64,000 nucleotides of DNA from Flavobacteriales bacterium (GTDB lineage Bacteria; Bacteroidota; Bacteroidia; NS11-12g; UBA9320), in contig JACJZT010000003.1 in assembly GCA_020635455.1 (NCBI GenBank), forward strand, positions 70,261 through 134,260, written 5' to 3'. The position numbers were made by a program, and so were the translations under genes. Below, one piece after another: positions 9,681 to 19,339 of this stretch (position 1 is the first letter of the stretch; the number at the start of each line of letters is the position of its first letter). The notes beneath the pieces are model-generated. The model did no database searches, had not been told where the DNA came from, and was given only the letters and a program-made list of their open reading frames with translations.

Positions 9681-10766
9681 ATGAAATTAAGAATTTTAAT
9701 TGTTTCCATGCTCCTTCTTTCATTGTATGCATGTAAACACGATAACCATGATGAACACGAAACCGTAACTTATACCGTTACCAGTCCGGTAATAAAGGAT
9801 ACGATAATTTATCATGAATATGTTTGTCAGATACACTCCATTCAACACATTGAACTTAGAACACTTGAAAAAGGCTTTATTCAGAAAATTTTCGTTGATG
9901 AAGGACAATTCGTTAAAAAAGGCCAAATGCTTTTTCAGATCACTCCGGTAATAAACTCGGCCGAAGTACAGAAAGCCAGAGCAGAGGTAAGTTTTGCCGA
10001 GATCGAATATCTGAATACCAAGCAACTTGCCGACAGCAATATTGTTTCGAAAAATGAGCTGGCGCTTGCCAAAGCAACGCTCGACAAGGCAAAAGCCCTT
10101 CTTGCACTCGCTCAGGCCCACCTCAGGTTTACGGAAACAAGAGCCCCATTCGACGGTATCGTTGGGCGGTTTAACGACGTAAGACTCGGAAGCCTTGTAG
10201 ATGAAGGAGAATTGCTCACCACTTTATCGGATAACAGCAACATGTGGGTTTACTTTAACGTGCCCGAAGCCGAATATCTCGATTACCGCAGTGAAAACAA
10301 AACAAGCTCCGTGATCAAGGTAAAGTTAAAACTAGCCAATAATTCTATGTTCAATCATGAAGGGGAAGTTAGAACCATTGAAGCGGATTTTAATAACGAA
10401 ACGGGGAACATCGCATTCAGGGCAACCTTTCCGAATTCGGAAAGTTTACTTAGAAACGGCCAAACCGGAAACATACTCTTACCGGTTTATCACAAGAATG
10501 CAATGCTAATTCCTCAAAAGGCAACTTTCGACATATTGAATAAAAAGTATGTATTTGTTTTGGACAAGAACAATGTTTTAAGTTCAAGAGAGATCAAGGT
10601 TGGAAATGACCTGCAGCACCTTTACGAGGTTCATTCAGGGCTTGACGAAAAAGACATCGTACTCGTTGATGGACTTCGAAAAGTAAAAAATGGCCAGAAG
10701 ATCAATACTGAGTTCATAAAGCAGGAAACGCTCTGGAAAGAGCTTAAGGATCTGCATGCTGAATAA
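9681..10766 (+). CDS. RND efflux periplasmic adaptor (membrane fusion protein, HlyD family), lipoprotein
   Basis: A lipobox (LSLYAC), a coiled-coil hairpin region, and beta-barrel and MP domains typical of the AcrA/MexA family. It is directly upstream of the RND permease. Confidence 0.8.
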   Translation: MKLRILIVSMLLLSLYACKHDNHDEHETVTYTVTSPVIKDTIIYHEYVCQIHSIQHIELRTLEKGFIQKIFVDEGQFVKKGQMLFQITPVINSAEVQKARAEVSFAEIEYLNTKQLADSNIVSKNELALAKATLDKAKALLALAQAHLRFTETRAPFDGIVGRFNDVRLGSLVDEGELLTTLSDNSNMWVYFNVPEAEYLDYRSENKTSSVIKVKLKLANNSMFNHEGEVRTIEADFNNETGNIAFRATFPNSESLLRNGQTGNILLPVYHKNAMLIPQKATFDILNKKYVFVLDKNNVLSSREIKVGNDLQHLYEVHSGLDEKDIVLVDGLRKVKNGQKINTEFIKQETLWKELKDLHAE

Positions 10767-10789
10767 TTAACGTTCTAATTTTTTAAAAA

Positions 10790-13700
10790 ATGTTCAGTAA
10801 ATTTATTCAAAGACCGGTTCTAGCTATTTCCATTTCATTAGCGATCGTTTTTCTGGGCGTTCTTGCAATTGTAACAAGACCAATTTCCCAGTTTCCGGAG
10901 ATCGCCCCTCCCCGTGTAAATATATTTATTGCTTATCCGGGCTCAAGTGCTCAGGTACTCGTTGAATCCACCCTCATTCCACTCGAAAGGGCCATCAATG
11001 GTGTTCAGGGAATGCAATATTTAATTTCAGATGCTACCAGCGCAGGAGAAGCAACCGTTCAAATCGTTTTTGAACCCGGAACGGATGCCAACGCTGCCGT
11101 AGTGAATGTGAAGACCCGGGTTGACGCCATCATGAACAATCTGCCCCCTCTTGTGCAAAGAGAAGGGATCATAATTACACCGATCCAGCCCAGTATGCTA
11201 ATGTATGTTAACCTTTTCAGCAAGGATAAAAATGCAGATGAAAAGTTTTTATACAATTACGCGAACGTTCATATTTTGCCTGAATTGCAAAGGATCAGTG
11301 GTATGGGAAGAGCCCAGATACTGGGAAGCCGGCAATATGCCATGAGGGTTTGGCTTAAACCCGACAGAATGAGGGCTTATAATGTCTCAACCGACGAAGT
11401 TATGGATGCCATGAAAGAGCAGAGCGTGATCGGTCGTCCGGGCCGATTAGGGCAAGCCTCAGGTAAAAAAGCACAATCGCTCGAATATGTTCTTACCTAC
11501 AAAGGTCGGTTCAACAAACCCGAAGAGTATGAGAACATTATTGTAAAAGCCAATACCAATGGTGAGATCATTAAGCTTAAGGATATTGCTGAAGTTGAGC
11601 TTGGTAGTGAGTTTTTCGACCTTTATTCAAACATTGACGGATATCCCTCTGCATCTATTGTGCTCAAACAAAATTTTGGAACCAATGCCAGTAAGGTAAT
11701 ACAAGGTGCAAAAGAAAAACTCGAGGAACTTAAGAAAGATTTTCCGCCGGGTATGGATTATGAGATCAATTACGATGTCTCAAAATTTGTGAACGCATCC
11801 ATCGAAAAAGTGCTGCATACACTTGTTGAAGCCTTTGTGCTCGTGGCATTGGTTGTGTTTATCTTTTTGGGTGACTGGCGTTCGACCTTAATTCCAATTA
11901 TAGCCGTTCCGGTTTCCCTGATTGGTGCATTTGTATTTATGCAGATGTTTGGTTTGACCATAAACCTTATCACTTTATTTGCTCTGGTATTATCGATCGG
12001 AATCGTGGTTGATGATGCCATTGTTGTAGTTGAGGCAGTGCACGCCAAAATGGAAGAAGAACATTTAAGCCCTTTCCATGCTGTAAAAAAAGTACTTGGA
12101 GAGATCAGCGGTGCCATCATTGCGATAACCTTGATCATGACAGCGGTTTTTGTGCCGGTGGCATTTATGACCGGACCTGTAGGAGTGTTTTACAGACAGT
12201 TTTCCATCACCATGGCGAGTTCCATAATTTTGTCGGGTATCGTTGCCTTAACATTAACTCCGGTGCTTTGCGCAATGATCCTTAAAAACAATCACGGAAA
12301 AACCAAAAGGAAGACACCGGTAGATCTTTTTATTGGCTGGTTCAACAAAATCTTTGGCAAACTTACAAACCGATATACCGACCTTTTAAAAATAGTCGTT
12401 AACCGAAGGCTTGTTACCTTTAGCATTCTGATAATCTTCGCTTTTGGGATCTTTTCGGTCAACAGGGTGCTTCCATCCGGATTCATCCCCAATGAAGATC
12501 AGGGAATGATCTATGCGATCATTCAAACACCTCCCGGTACAACCCTGGAAAGAACCAATGAAGTGTCACGGCAATTGCAAGAGGTTGCTGAAGATATCGA
12601 AGGTATACAATCTGTATCTTCTCTGGCTGGGTTTGAGATCCTTACGGAAGGCCGGGGTTCGAACGCCGGTACATGTATCATTAATTTAAAAGAATGGTCG
12701 GATCGAAAGCACAATGTACATGAGATCATTGAAGAGTTGGAATTAAAGTCTAAGAACCTTGGGGCCATCATTGAGTTTTTCGAGCCGCCTGCCGTTCCGG
12801 GATATGGTTCTTCAGACGGATTTTCACTCCGCTTACTCGACAAAAGCAGCACCATTGATTACCAGGAATTTGACAAAACAAATTCTGAGTTTATGGATGC
12901 TTTGCGAAAAAGAAAGGAATTGACCGGACTGTTTACGTTTTACGCAGCAAACTATCCCCAGTATGAACTGGTGATCGACAATCAGCTGGCAATGCAAAAA
13001 GGTGTTTCGATCGGTAAGGCTATGGAAAACCTTGATATCCTGATTGGCAGTACATATGAACAGGGATTTGTAAGGTTCAACACTTTTTTCAAGGTTTATA
13101 CTCAGTCCGGGCCGGAATACAGGCGCCTTCCTTCCGATGTTTTGAACTTGTTTATCAAAAACAATAAAGACGAGATGGTTCCCTATTCATCCTTTATGAA
13201 ACTGGTTAAAAGTCAGGGCCCAAATGAGATCACGCGTTTCAATCTTTACACTTCATCCGCGATCAGGGGTATGCCTGCCGAAGGCTACACCACAGGAGAT
13301 GCCATTAAAGCGATCAGGGAAGTGGCCGACCAAACACTTGGACAAGGTTATGACATTGCATGGGAAGGTTTATCGTACGACGAGTCGAACAGAGGAAATG
13401 AAGCACTGTACATTTTTATTGTGGTGCTGATTTTTGTTTACCTGGTACTATCCTCGCAATATGAAAGTTTTATCATACCGCTTTCGGTTGTTCTTTCATT
13501 ACCGGCCGGTGTATTTGGCTCCTTCTTTTTACTTAAGGTTATGGGATTGTCTAACGATATTTATGCACAGATCGGACTGATCATGCTGGTGGGATTGCTT
13601 GGTAAAAATGCTGTCTTAATTGTAGAATTTGCAGTTCAGAAACACCATAACGGTGCCAGCGTTCTTGCCTCGGCAATTGAAGGAGCCAAGGTCAGGTTCA

Positions 13701-14035
13701 GGCCCATTTTGATGACCTCGTTTGCGTTTATAGCCGGATTGATCCCACTGGTCACAGCAACCGGCCCGGGGGCCGTTGGCAATCGCACCATAGGAGCTTC
13801 AGCTTTGGGAGGCATGTTGTTAGGAACCGTATTCGGGGTCATCATTGTTCCGGGTTTGTATTATATTTTTGGAAGCCTTGCATCCGGAAGAAAAATGATT
13901 CAGGATGAAGACGTCAACCCGCTAACAGAGGATTTCGTGCATTCAAATTCTGAAGCTTCCCTGATAAAAAAAATAAGCAAACTAAATTTAATGTTAAAGG
14001 TAGCAAGACGTAAAAACAAGAAAAATGAAGACTAA
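10790..14035 (+). CDS. RND multidrug efflux permease (AcrB/HAE1 family)
   Basis: 1081 aa with 12 TM segments, two large periplasmic loops, and the conserved AcrB-type TM4 region (VLSIGIVVDDAIVVVE). Confidence 0.9.
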   Translation: MFSKFIQRPVLAISISLAIVFLGVLAIVTRPISQFPEIAPPRVNIFIAYPGSSAQVLVESTLIPLERAINGVQGMQYLISDATSAGEATVQIVFEPGTDANAAVVNVKTRVDAIMNNLPPLVQREGIIITPIQPSMLMYVNLFSKDKNADEKFLYNYANVHILPELQRISGMGRAQILGSRQYAMRVWLKPDRMRAYNVSTDEVMDAMKEQSVIGRPGRLGQASGKKAQSLEYVLTYKGRFNKPEEYENIIVKANTNGEIIKLKDIAEVELGSEFFDLYSNIDGYPSASIVLKQNFGTNASKVIQGAKEKLEELKKDFPPGMDYEINYDVSKFVNASIEKVLHTLVEAFVLVALVVFIFLGDWRSTLIPIIAVPVSLIGAFVFMQMFGLTINLITLFALVLSIGIVVDDAIVVVEAVHAKMEEEHLSPFHAVKKVLGEISGAIIAITLIMTAVFVPVAFMTGPVGVFYRQFSITMASSIILSGIVALTLTPVLCAMILKNNHGKTKRKTPVDLFIGWFNKIFGKLTNRYTDLLKIVVNRRLVTFSILIIFAFGIFSVNRVLPSGFIPNEDQGMIYAIIQTPPGTTLERTNEVSRQLQEVAEDIEGIQSVSSLAGFEILTEGRGSNAGTCIINLKEWSDRKHNVHEIIEELELKSKNLGAIIEFFEPPAVPGYGSSDGFSLRLLDKSSTIDYQEFDKTNSEFMDALRKRKELTGLFTFYAANYPQYELVIDNQLAMQKGVSIGKAMENLDILIGSTYEQGFVRFNTFFKVYTQSGPEYRRLPSDVLNLFIKNNKDEMVPYSSFMKLVKSQGPNEITRFNLYTSSAIRGMPAEGYTTGDAIKAIREVADQTLGQGYDIAWEGLSYDESNRGNEALYIFIVVLIFVYLVLSSQYESFIIPLSVVLSLPAGVFGSFFLLKVMGLSNDIYAQIGLIMLVGLLGKNAVLIVEFAVQKHHNGASVLASAIEGAKVRFRPILMTSFAFIAGLIPLVTATGPGAVGNRTIGASALGGMLLGTVFGVIIVPGLYYIFGSLASGRKMIQDEDVNPLTEDFVHSNSEASLIKKISKLNLMLKVARRKNKKNED

Positions 14036-15455
14036 GCAACTATCTAAATACTTCTTATTGGTCCTTTTCCCTGCAATTTTATGGGGATGTATTCCGGGCC
14101 TGAGATTTATAAAAACAGAAAACAGGACTTTACCACAAAATTTTGGTGAACATACAGATTCTTCAAACATTGCAAATAAAAACTGGAGAGAAGTATTTCA
14201 GGATTCGAATTTAATTTCACTGATCGATACAGCCTTAAAGAACAATCAGGAACTGAACATCATCCTTCAGGAAATAGAAATTTCGAAGAATGAGATCATG
14301 GCAAAAAAGGGTGAATATCTGCCATTTGTAAAGCTGGGTTTGGGTAATGGTCTGGAAAAATCCGGAAAATTCACACGAAATGGTGCCGTTGAAGAACAAC
14401 TTGATATTAAGGATGGAAAAAAGTTTCCGGAACCCTTACAGGATCATTTTTTTGGTGCTTCGGCGAGTTGGGAACTCGACATCTGGAATAAGCTAAGAAA
14501 CGCCAGAAAGTCATCTGTGGCAAGTTATCTGGCTTCTATTGAAGGCAAAAACTTTATGATCACCAATTTGGTTGCTGAAATTTCGGAGGCCTATTACGAA
14601 TTGATGGCTCTTGACAATGTACTGGATATTGTTGTGAAAAACATTGAAATTCAGTCGAGTGCCCTGAACGTTGTAAAACAGCAAAAGGATGCCGCCAAAG
14701 TATCCCAGCTTGCGGTAAATCGATTTCAGGCTCAGTTGCTGAACACTCAAAACCTGCAATATGAAGTTAAACAAAAGATCATTGAGACCGAAAACCGGAT
14801 TAATTTTCTTACCGGACAATTTCCACAAACCATTAAAAGAAACTGGAGAATTTATTTAAACCTGGACCTGAACACCTATCAAACAGGTATACCCTCAGAT
14901 CTTTTGATGAACAGGCCTGATATTAACCAGGCAGAGAACGAGTTGAATGCCTCTAAAATTGACGTTAAAGTTGCCAGAGCCGGATTTTTACCTTCAATGG
15001 CGATACGCGCCGGTATGGGATTTCAGGCCTTTAATCCGGTATTTCTTCTGAATCCCGAATCACTGATGTACAATTTTGCAGGAGATCTTGTTTCACCACT
15101 TATAAACCGAAAGGCGATCAAAACCGAATATTTCAATGCTAATTCAAAGCAAATTCAGGCAGTATATAATTATGAAAGAACTATACTGAATGCCTATCTG
15201 GACGTTTTGAATCAAATGTCGAAGATCGAAAACTATACTAAAAGTTTTGAAACCAAAAAGAATGAAGTGGATCTTTTGATACAGTCTGTAACCATTGCCA
15301 ACAGCCTGTTCAATGCTGCAAGGGCCGACTATGCAGAGGTTTTGTTAACTCAAAGGGAAGCCCTCGAATCAAAAATGGACCTGGTGGAGATCAAAATGAA
15401 ACAGATCAATGCAGAGATAAATATTTACCGCGCTTTGGGGGGAGGCTGGAGGTGA
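14025..15455 (+). CDS. RND efflux outer membrane factor (TolC/OprM family) lipoprotein
   Basis: A lipobox (LWGC) and two OEP repeats. Its ATG overlaps the stop of the permease (ATGA...TAA junction). Confidence 0.8.
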   Translation: MKTKQLSKYFLLVLFPAILWGCIPGLRFIKTENRTLPQNFGEHTDSSNIANKNWREVFQDSNLISLIDTALKNNQELNIILQEIEISKNEIMAKKGEYLPFVKLGLGNGLEKSGKFTRNGAVEEQLDIKDGKKFPEPLQDHFFGASASWELDIWNKLRNARKSSVASYLASIEGKNFMITNLVAEISEAYYELMALDNVLDIVVKNIEIQSSALNVVKQQKDAAKVSQLAVNRFQAQLLNTQNLQYEVKQKIIETENRINFLTGQFPQTIKRNWRIYLNLDLNTYQTGIPSDLLMNRPDINQAENELNASKIDVKVARAGFLPSMAIRAGMGFQAFNPVFLLNPESLMYNFAGDLVSPLINRKAIKTEYFNANSKQIQAVYNYERTILNAYLDVLNQMSKIENYTKSFETKKNEVDLLIQSVTIANSLFNAARADYAEVLLTQREALESKMDLVEIKMKQINAEINIYRALGGGWR

Positions 15456-15927
15456 AGATAATTATTTTATCCTTGATCGGTATAGAAATAATACGGTCAA
15501 ATGAAATTTAGGTATGTACTCATGTTTATCCATATGGTGTATTTAAAACAAGATCGGAAGCTCTCCTGTCCAATCCGTGTATTATGCAAAGCCTTAACAA
15601 AAATTTTTGCCAACAGATGGTTTTATTTTGTCATTGAGAGGTGTAAAAATTGTGCCTTTGAAACTGTAATTTTCAAATAATCAAAATACATACAGTTCAT
15701 AAAAACTATCTATTGGTAATGATTTTGTAATTACCTGCTGTGCAGTTCTTTAAGGTTTTTCCTCAACAATTGTATTGCTGCAGATAAGGGAAAACCTTGA
15801 AAATAGATTTTATTTAAATAGCCAAGGTCGATTAGCTTGATCCGTTACAAATAATAAACCTTTTGACTGAAAAACTATTGGCGTCGTTTAAAGATTATTT
15901 ATAATTATTGCATACATAATCTCAGTT

Positions 15928-17007
15928 TTAGAATGACCTTATGGCAACGATAAAATTGGAAGATTCAGGTCCGGTACCCGCCGAAGAAGGATCGATGAGG
16001 TTCTTTTTACTCAACCATTCCCGCAAGGTCCAATGCCAATCATGTTGACCCTGTTCGTCAGAACTCCAATAATCGTTAGGAAATGGATTGATGAATTTCA
16101 TGGTATACAACAATAAAAGATCCTGATTATTAGGTAAATACCAATCACGGTGGCCTTCAATGTTCAGTTTTCTGCAGTACATGTCGGCTTCTACCCATTT
16201 CATTTTCTTTTCATGAATGGTAAACACTTTGCCATGTTGAGTAATTTTATCGAGTACAAATACGGTTCCTCCTTCATAGAGTTCATTAAGCCTTGGTTTT
16301 TTCGCTTCAAGTAAAGCTATTTCGTGCAAACTGTCTTCAATTCTTTTCTGAGCAATCAGAGAATCATTTATTTTTCTTTCATGAATGGTATCTTGAATGG
16401 TAAACCCGGAATTGGTTTGTTCTGTGCTGTCGGTTATTATATCATCGACATCATTATTATGTGCATGATTGTAATAAATCCAAAAAGCAAACAACAAAAT
16501 AACAGACAAAAGAGCCAATAGCAATTTTGCATTCGTACTGAAAAATTTTTTAAAGGTATCCGGTTTTTCAAACTTGGAGTCAATACTACTTTCTGATTCT
16601 GAATACGGCGAGTTCAAATTTTGTAAAACGTCCATCAACTTCTCCATACCCTGTTGATATCCTTTTGTGAAATCAATGTATTGCATTCTGCGCAATCTGA
16701 AAGGAATATTACAATCTTCGATCAGTACAGGAATTACGGTTTTATTTTCACTCAAGGCAAATGAAACCTCGTCCATAACATTCTTGGAAGTCACAGAATG
16801 AGAAGAAAGAACAATTATGGTTGAACTACAATTCTTCAATGCCATTTCAATTTCCTCATCCCAAAGACTTCCGGGTAAAATGTCGAGGATGTCTAACCAA
16901 AATTGCGCTCCCTTTTTACGCAAATCATTCCCTAGTTTCCTAACAAAATCCGAATCCTTTCTTGAATAACTAAAGAAGCAGCTGTTTTCTAATGGTTTAT
17001 TTTTCAT
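15928..17007 (-). CDS. single-pass membrane protein with an N-terminal TIR domain and a C-terminal DUF1566 (Lcl C-terminal-like) domain
   Basis: The N-terminus (CFFSYSRKD..LGNDL...W.D.....G..W..EI..AL..CS..IIVLS..S..S.NVMDEV..A......VIPV) matches the bacterial TIR_2 pattern, including the conserved Glu. Residues ~164-181 form a hydrophobic helix (LLLALLSVILLFAFWIYY). The C-terminus (KWVEADMYCRKLNIEGHRDWYLPNNQDLLLLY) resembles the DUF1566 core (W.EA..YC..L...G..DWRLPT..EL..L). Confidence 0.7.
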   Translation of the reverse strand: MKNKPLENSCFFSYSRKDSDFVRKLGNDLRKKGAQFWLDILDILPGSLWDEEIEMALKNCSSTIIVLSSHSVTSKNVMDEVSFALSENKTVIPVLIEDCNIPFRLRRMQYIDFTKGYQQGMEKLMDVLQNLNSPYSESESSIDSKFEKPDTFKKFFSTNAKLLLALLSVILLFAFWIYYNHAHNNDVDDIITDSTEQTNSGFTIQDTIHERKINDSLIAQKRIEDSLHEIALLEAKKPRLNELYEGGTVFVLDKITQHGKVFTIHEKKMKWVEADMYCRKLNIEGHRDWYLPNNQDLLLLYTMKFINPFPNDYWSSDEQGQHDWHWTLREWLSKKNLIDPSSAGTGPESSNFIVAIRSF

Positions 17008-17270
17008 TTAAGAAGTCAATTTAGTCTTTTAATAACTGTTCGTAATTTAACGTAAATCCCTAAATCGATCATATCATCTGCCCGATAAGCAAGACATTCA
17101 TTATCAAGAGCAATTCTTCACGAGTTTGCTAAAGTAGAATAATAAGCCTTAGAAAAAAAACTAAAATTAGGGAATCGTGCAATTACCGAAGTTATTGAGC
17201 AATTGAGAAAGCCTACTTTTGCGAATTCAAATTAATATATGACTGAATTAAGTAGAGCGAATAAAAAACC

Positions 17271-17299
17271 CTCTGAAATTCAGAGGGTTATAATAATTA
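17271..17299 (-). terminator. rho-independent terminator downstream of tRNA-Glu
   Basis: A perfect 9-bp stem (AACCCTCTG / CAGAGGGTT) with a 5-nt loop, followed on the minus strand by a U-run (plus-strand ATAAAAAA at 17271-17278). Confidence 0.6.
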
Positions 17300-17303
17300 G
17301 TTG

Positions 17304-17375
17304 TAGTCCCTAGGGGAATCGAACCCCTCTTACCAGGATGAAAACCTGGTGTCCTAACCGATAGACGAAGGGACC
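17304..17375 (-). tRNA. tRNA-Glu (anticodon TTC)
   Basis: Reverse complement: GGTCCCTTCGTCTATCGGTTAGGACACCAGGTTTTCATCCTGGTAAGAGGGGTTCGATTCCCCTAGGGACTA. The cloverleaf folds by hand: a 7-bp acceptor stem with a G1:U72 pair, a CCAGG/CCTGG anticodon stem around the loop TTTTCAT, and a T-arm AGGGG-TTCGATT-CCCCT. CCA is not encoded. Confidence 0.85.
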
Positions 17376-17584
17376 ATGGTTTTAAAGTTCGCAAAAATAA
17401 AAAACTTTCATTCATTTACAAATACAAAATAATTAAAATATTTAATGTCACTATAACTACTCTAACTATTTGAATAACAGATCATTAATTTTTTTTTATT
17501 ATCAATTATCCAAGAGTTTATTTTACTGTTATTACAGATCGCTTTAAATGCAGGCTTGTATTTTAAATTTCAACTGAATTAATG

Positions 17585-17592
17585 TAAGTTTG
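17585..17592 (+). promoter_or_regulatory. putative Bacteroidota sigma-A -7 element (TAnnTTTG) for gap
   Basis: TAAGTTTG matches TAnnTTTG and ends 30 bp upstream of the gap ATG. Confidence 0.3.
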
Positions 17593-17621
17593 CGGCAAAT
17601 TCTAAAATCAAAAAAAACTCA

Positions 17622-18605
17622 ATGAAAGTAGCAATTAATGGATTCGGTCGCATCGGACGTCACGCTTTTAAATTTTTGTTTCGCAACCCAAATATTGATG
17701 TGGTAGCGATCAATGACCTAACAGACAACAAAACCCTTGCGCACTTACTGAAGTATGATTCGGTTCATGGAAAATTTAACGGAACCGTGGACTATGACGA
17801 TGATTTTTTAATCATTAACGGTAAAAAAATTAAAGCTCTTGCAGAGCGAAATCCTGCAAACCTTCCATGGGCAGAGCTTGGAGTAGATGTAGTACTTGAG
17901 TCGACCGGTTTTTTTACAGACAAGGACAAAGCTATGGCGCACGTTACAGCCGGTGCCCGCAAAGTAGTTATCTCTGCTCCCGGCACAGGTGATATCAAAA
18001 CAATTGTTTTGGGTGTGAACGATTCTATTCTTGATGGTTCTGAGCAGGTAATGTCTAATGCATCTTGTACTACCAATTGCCTTGCACCAATGGTTAAGGT
18101 TCTTGATGACAATTGGGGTGTTGAACACGGTTTTATGACTACGATCCATGCTTATACTTCTGACCAGAACTTACAAGATTCACCGCATAAAGATTTAAGA
18201 AGGGCCAGAGCTGCCGCGTACAGCATTATTCCTACCAGTACAGGTGCAGCCAAGGCTGTTGGTCTTGTATTGCCTCATCTTAAAGGCAAACTTAATGGTA
18301 ACGCAATGCGTGTTCCAATTCCGGATGGTTCGGTAACCGATTTTACCTGTACTCTTAAGAAAGAAGCTACAGTAGACGAAATCAAAGCCGCCTTCAAATC
18401 AGCTTCAGAAGGTGCCTTGAAGGGCATTTTGGAATATACAACAGACCCGATCGTATCCATTGATATTGTTGGCAATGAGCACTCCTGTATTTTTGACAGT
18501 GAATTAACCATGGCCATTGGAACTACCGTTAAAGTAGTTGGGTGGTACGACAACGAAACCGGTTATTCTGCACGTGTTGCAGACCTTATCTCAAAGATCG
18601 GTTAG
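17622..18605 (+). CDS. gap: type I glyceraldehyde-3-phosphate dehydrogenase
   Basis: N-terminal [11 protein letters not shown] and the active-site SCTTNCLAP motif. 327 aa. Confidence 0.95.
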   Translation: MKVAINGFGRIGRHAFKFLFRNPNIDVVAINDLTDNKTLAHLLKYDSVHGKFNGTVDYDDDFLIINGKKIKALAERNPANLPWAELGVDVVLESTGFFTDKDKAMAHVTAGARKVVISAPGTGDIKTIVLGVNDSILDGSEQVMSNASCTTNCLAPMVKVLDDNWGVEHGFMTTIHAYTSDQNLQDSPHKDLRRARAAAYSIIPTSTGAAKAVGLVLPHLKGKLNGNAMRVPIPDGSVTDFTCTLKKEATVDEIKAAFKSASEGALKGILEYTTDPIVSIDIVGNEHSCIFDSELTMAIGTTVKVVGWYDNETGYSARVADLISKIG

Positions 18606-18625
18606 TAAAAACATACAACTTACTG

Positions 18626-18664
18626 AATCCCTGTACGATTGATGATCTGCAGGGATTTTTTATT
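18626..18664 (+). terminator. rho-independent terminator after gap
   Basis: Hairpin ATCCCTG...CAGGGAT followed by TTTTTTAT. Confidence 0.55.
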
Positions 18665-18784
18665 TAAGAAGGTTTGAATGAGTACCGGTTATAAAAATGG
18701 TATCTTTATTATTTGTGCATAATCTTACAATACTATGCCATTATTAAATGAACCTATTTCCTTTTTTTTGTGTCTATACTTTAA

Positions 18785-19336
18785 ATGGAATCAGAAATTA
18801 AAAAGGGTAAATTGTTAATTTCCGAACCTTTTATCAAGGATCCTACATTTGAGCGTTCGGTAATTTTAATTGTTGAAAAGAACACTTTGGGTACCGTCGG
18901 CTTTGTTCTCAATCAAGTTCTTGACTTAAAACTGGTAGACGTTCTCGAAAGTATGCCACTTAACAATATCTTATCCAATGGTGGCCCGGTTGATCACAAC
19001 ACGTTGCATTTTCTCTTAAGAGGTTCTGAGCCCATTTCCGGGTCTGTAACGGTTATTCCGGGATTGCAATGGGGCGGTGATTTTGAAGAACTCATGGAAA
19101 AGGTTAATTTAGGGATGATCCTACCCGAAGACCTGCGGTTTTTTATTGGCTATTCAGGCTGGGAACCCGGACAGCTTGAAATGGAAATGAAACACCATAC
19201 CTGGATCACCGCCGATGCCAGCTTAAAAACCGTTTTTGAAAGTCAACACGACAAACTCTGGAAGTACAGTATGAAATCCCTGGGAGGCGAATACGCAATG
19301 CTTGCGAATTCTCCCCTTGACCCACAGATGAATTAG
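18785..19336 (+). CDS. yqgE: YqgE/AlgH family protein (UPF0301)
   Basis: The N-terminal pattern GKLLISEPF..DP.F.RSVILI.E....G..GFVLN and the ~183 aa size fit the family. Confidence 0.7.
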   Translation: MESEIKKGKLLISEPFIKDPTFERSVILIVEKNTLGTVGFVLNQVLDLKLVDVLESMPLNNILSNGGPVDHNTLHFLLRGSEPISGSVTVIPGLQWGGDFEELMEKVNLGMILPEDLRFFIGYSGWEPGQLEMEMKHHTWITADASLKTVFESQHDKLWKYSMKSLGGEYAMLANSPLDPQMN

Positions 19337-19339
19337 ATC

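Noticed and set aside
11059-13845. Several 65-122 aa minus-strand ORFs inside the RND permease
   Set aside because: They lie antisense within a 1081-aa conserved transporter gene. They have no start context and no domains.
15740-15800. Imperfect hairpin AAGGTTTTTCC...GGAAAACCTT with a ~28-nt loop in the AT-rich gap
   Set aside because: The stem is imperfect and the loop is too large for a confident terminator. It may be incidental.
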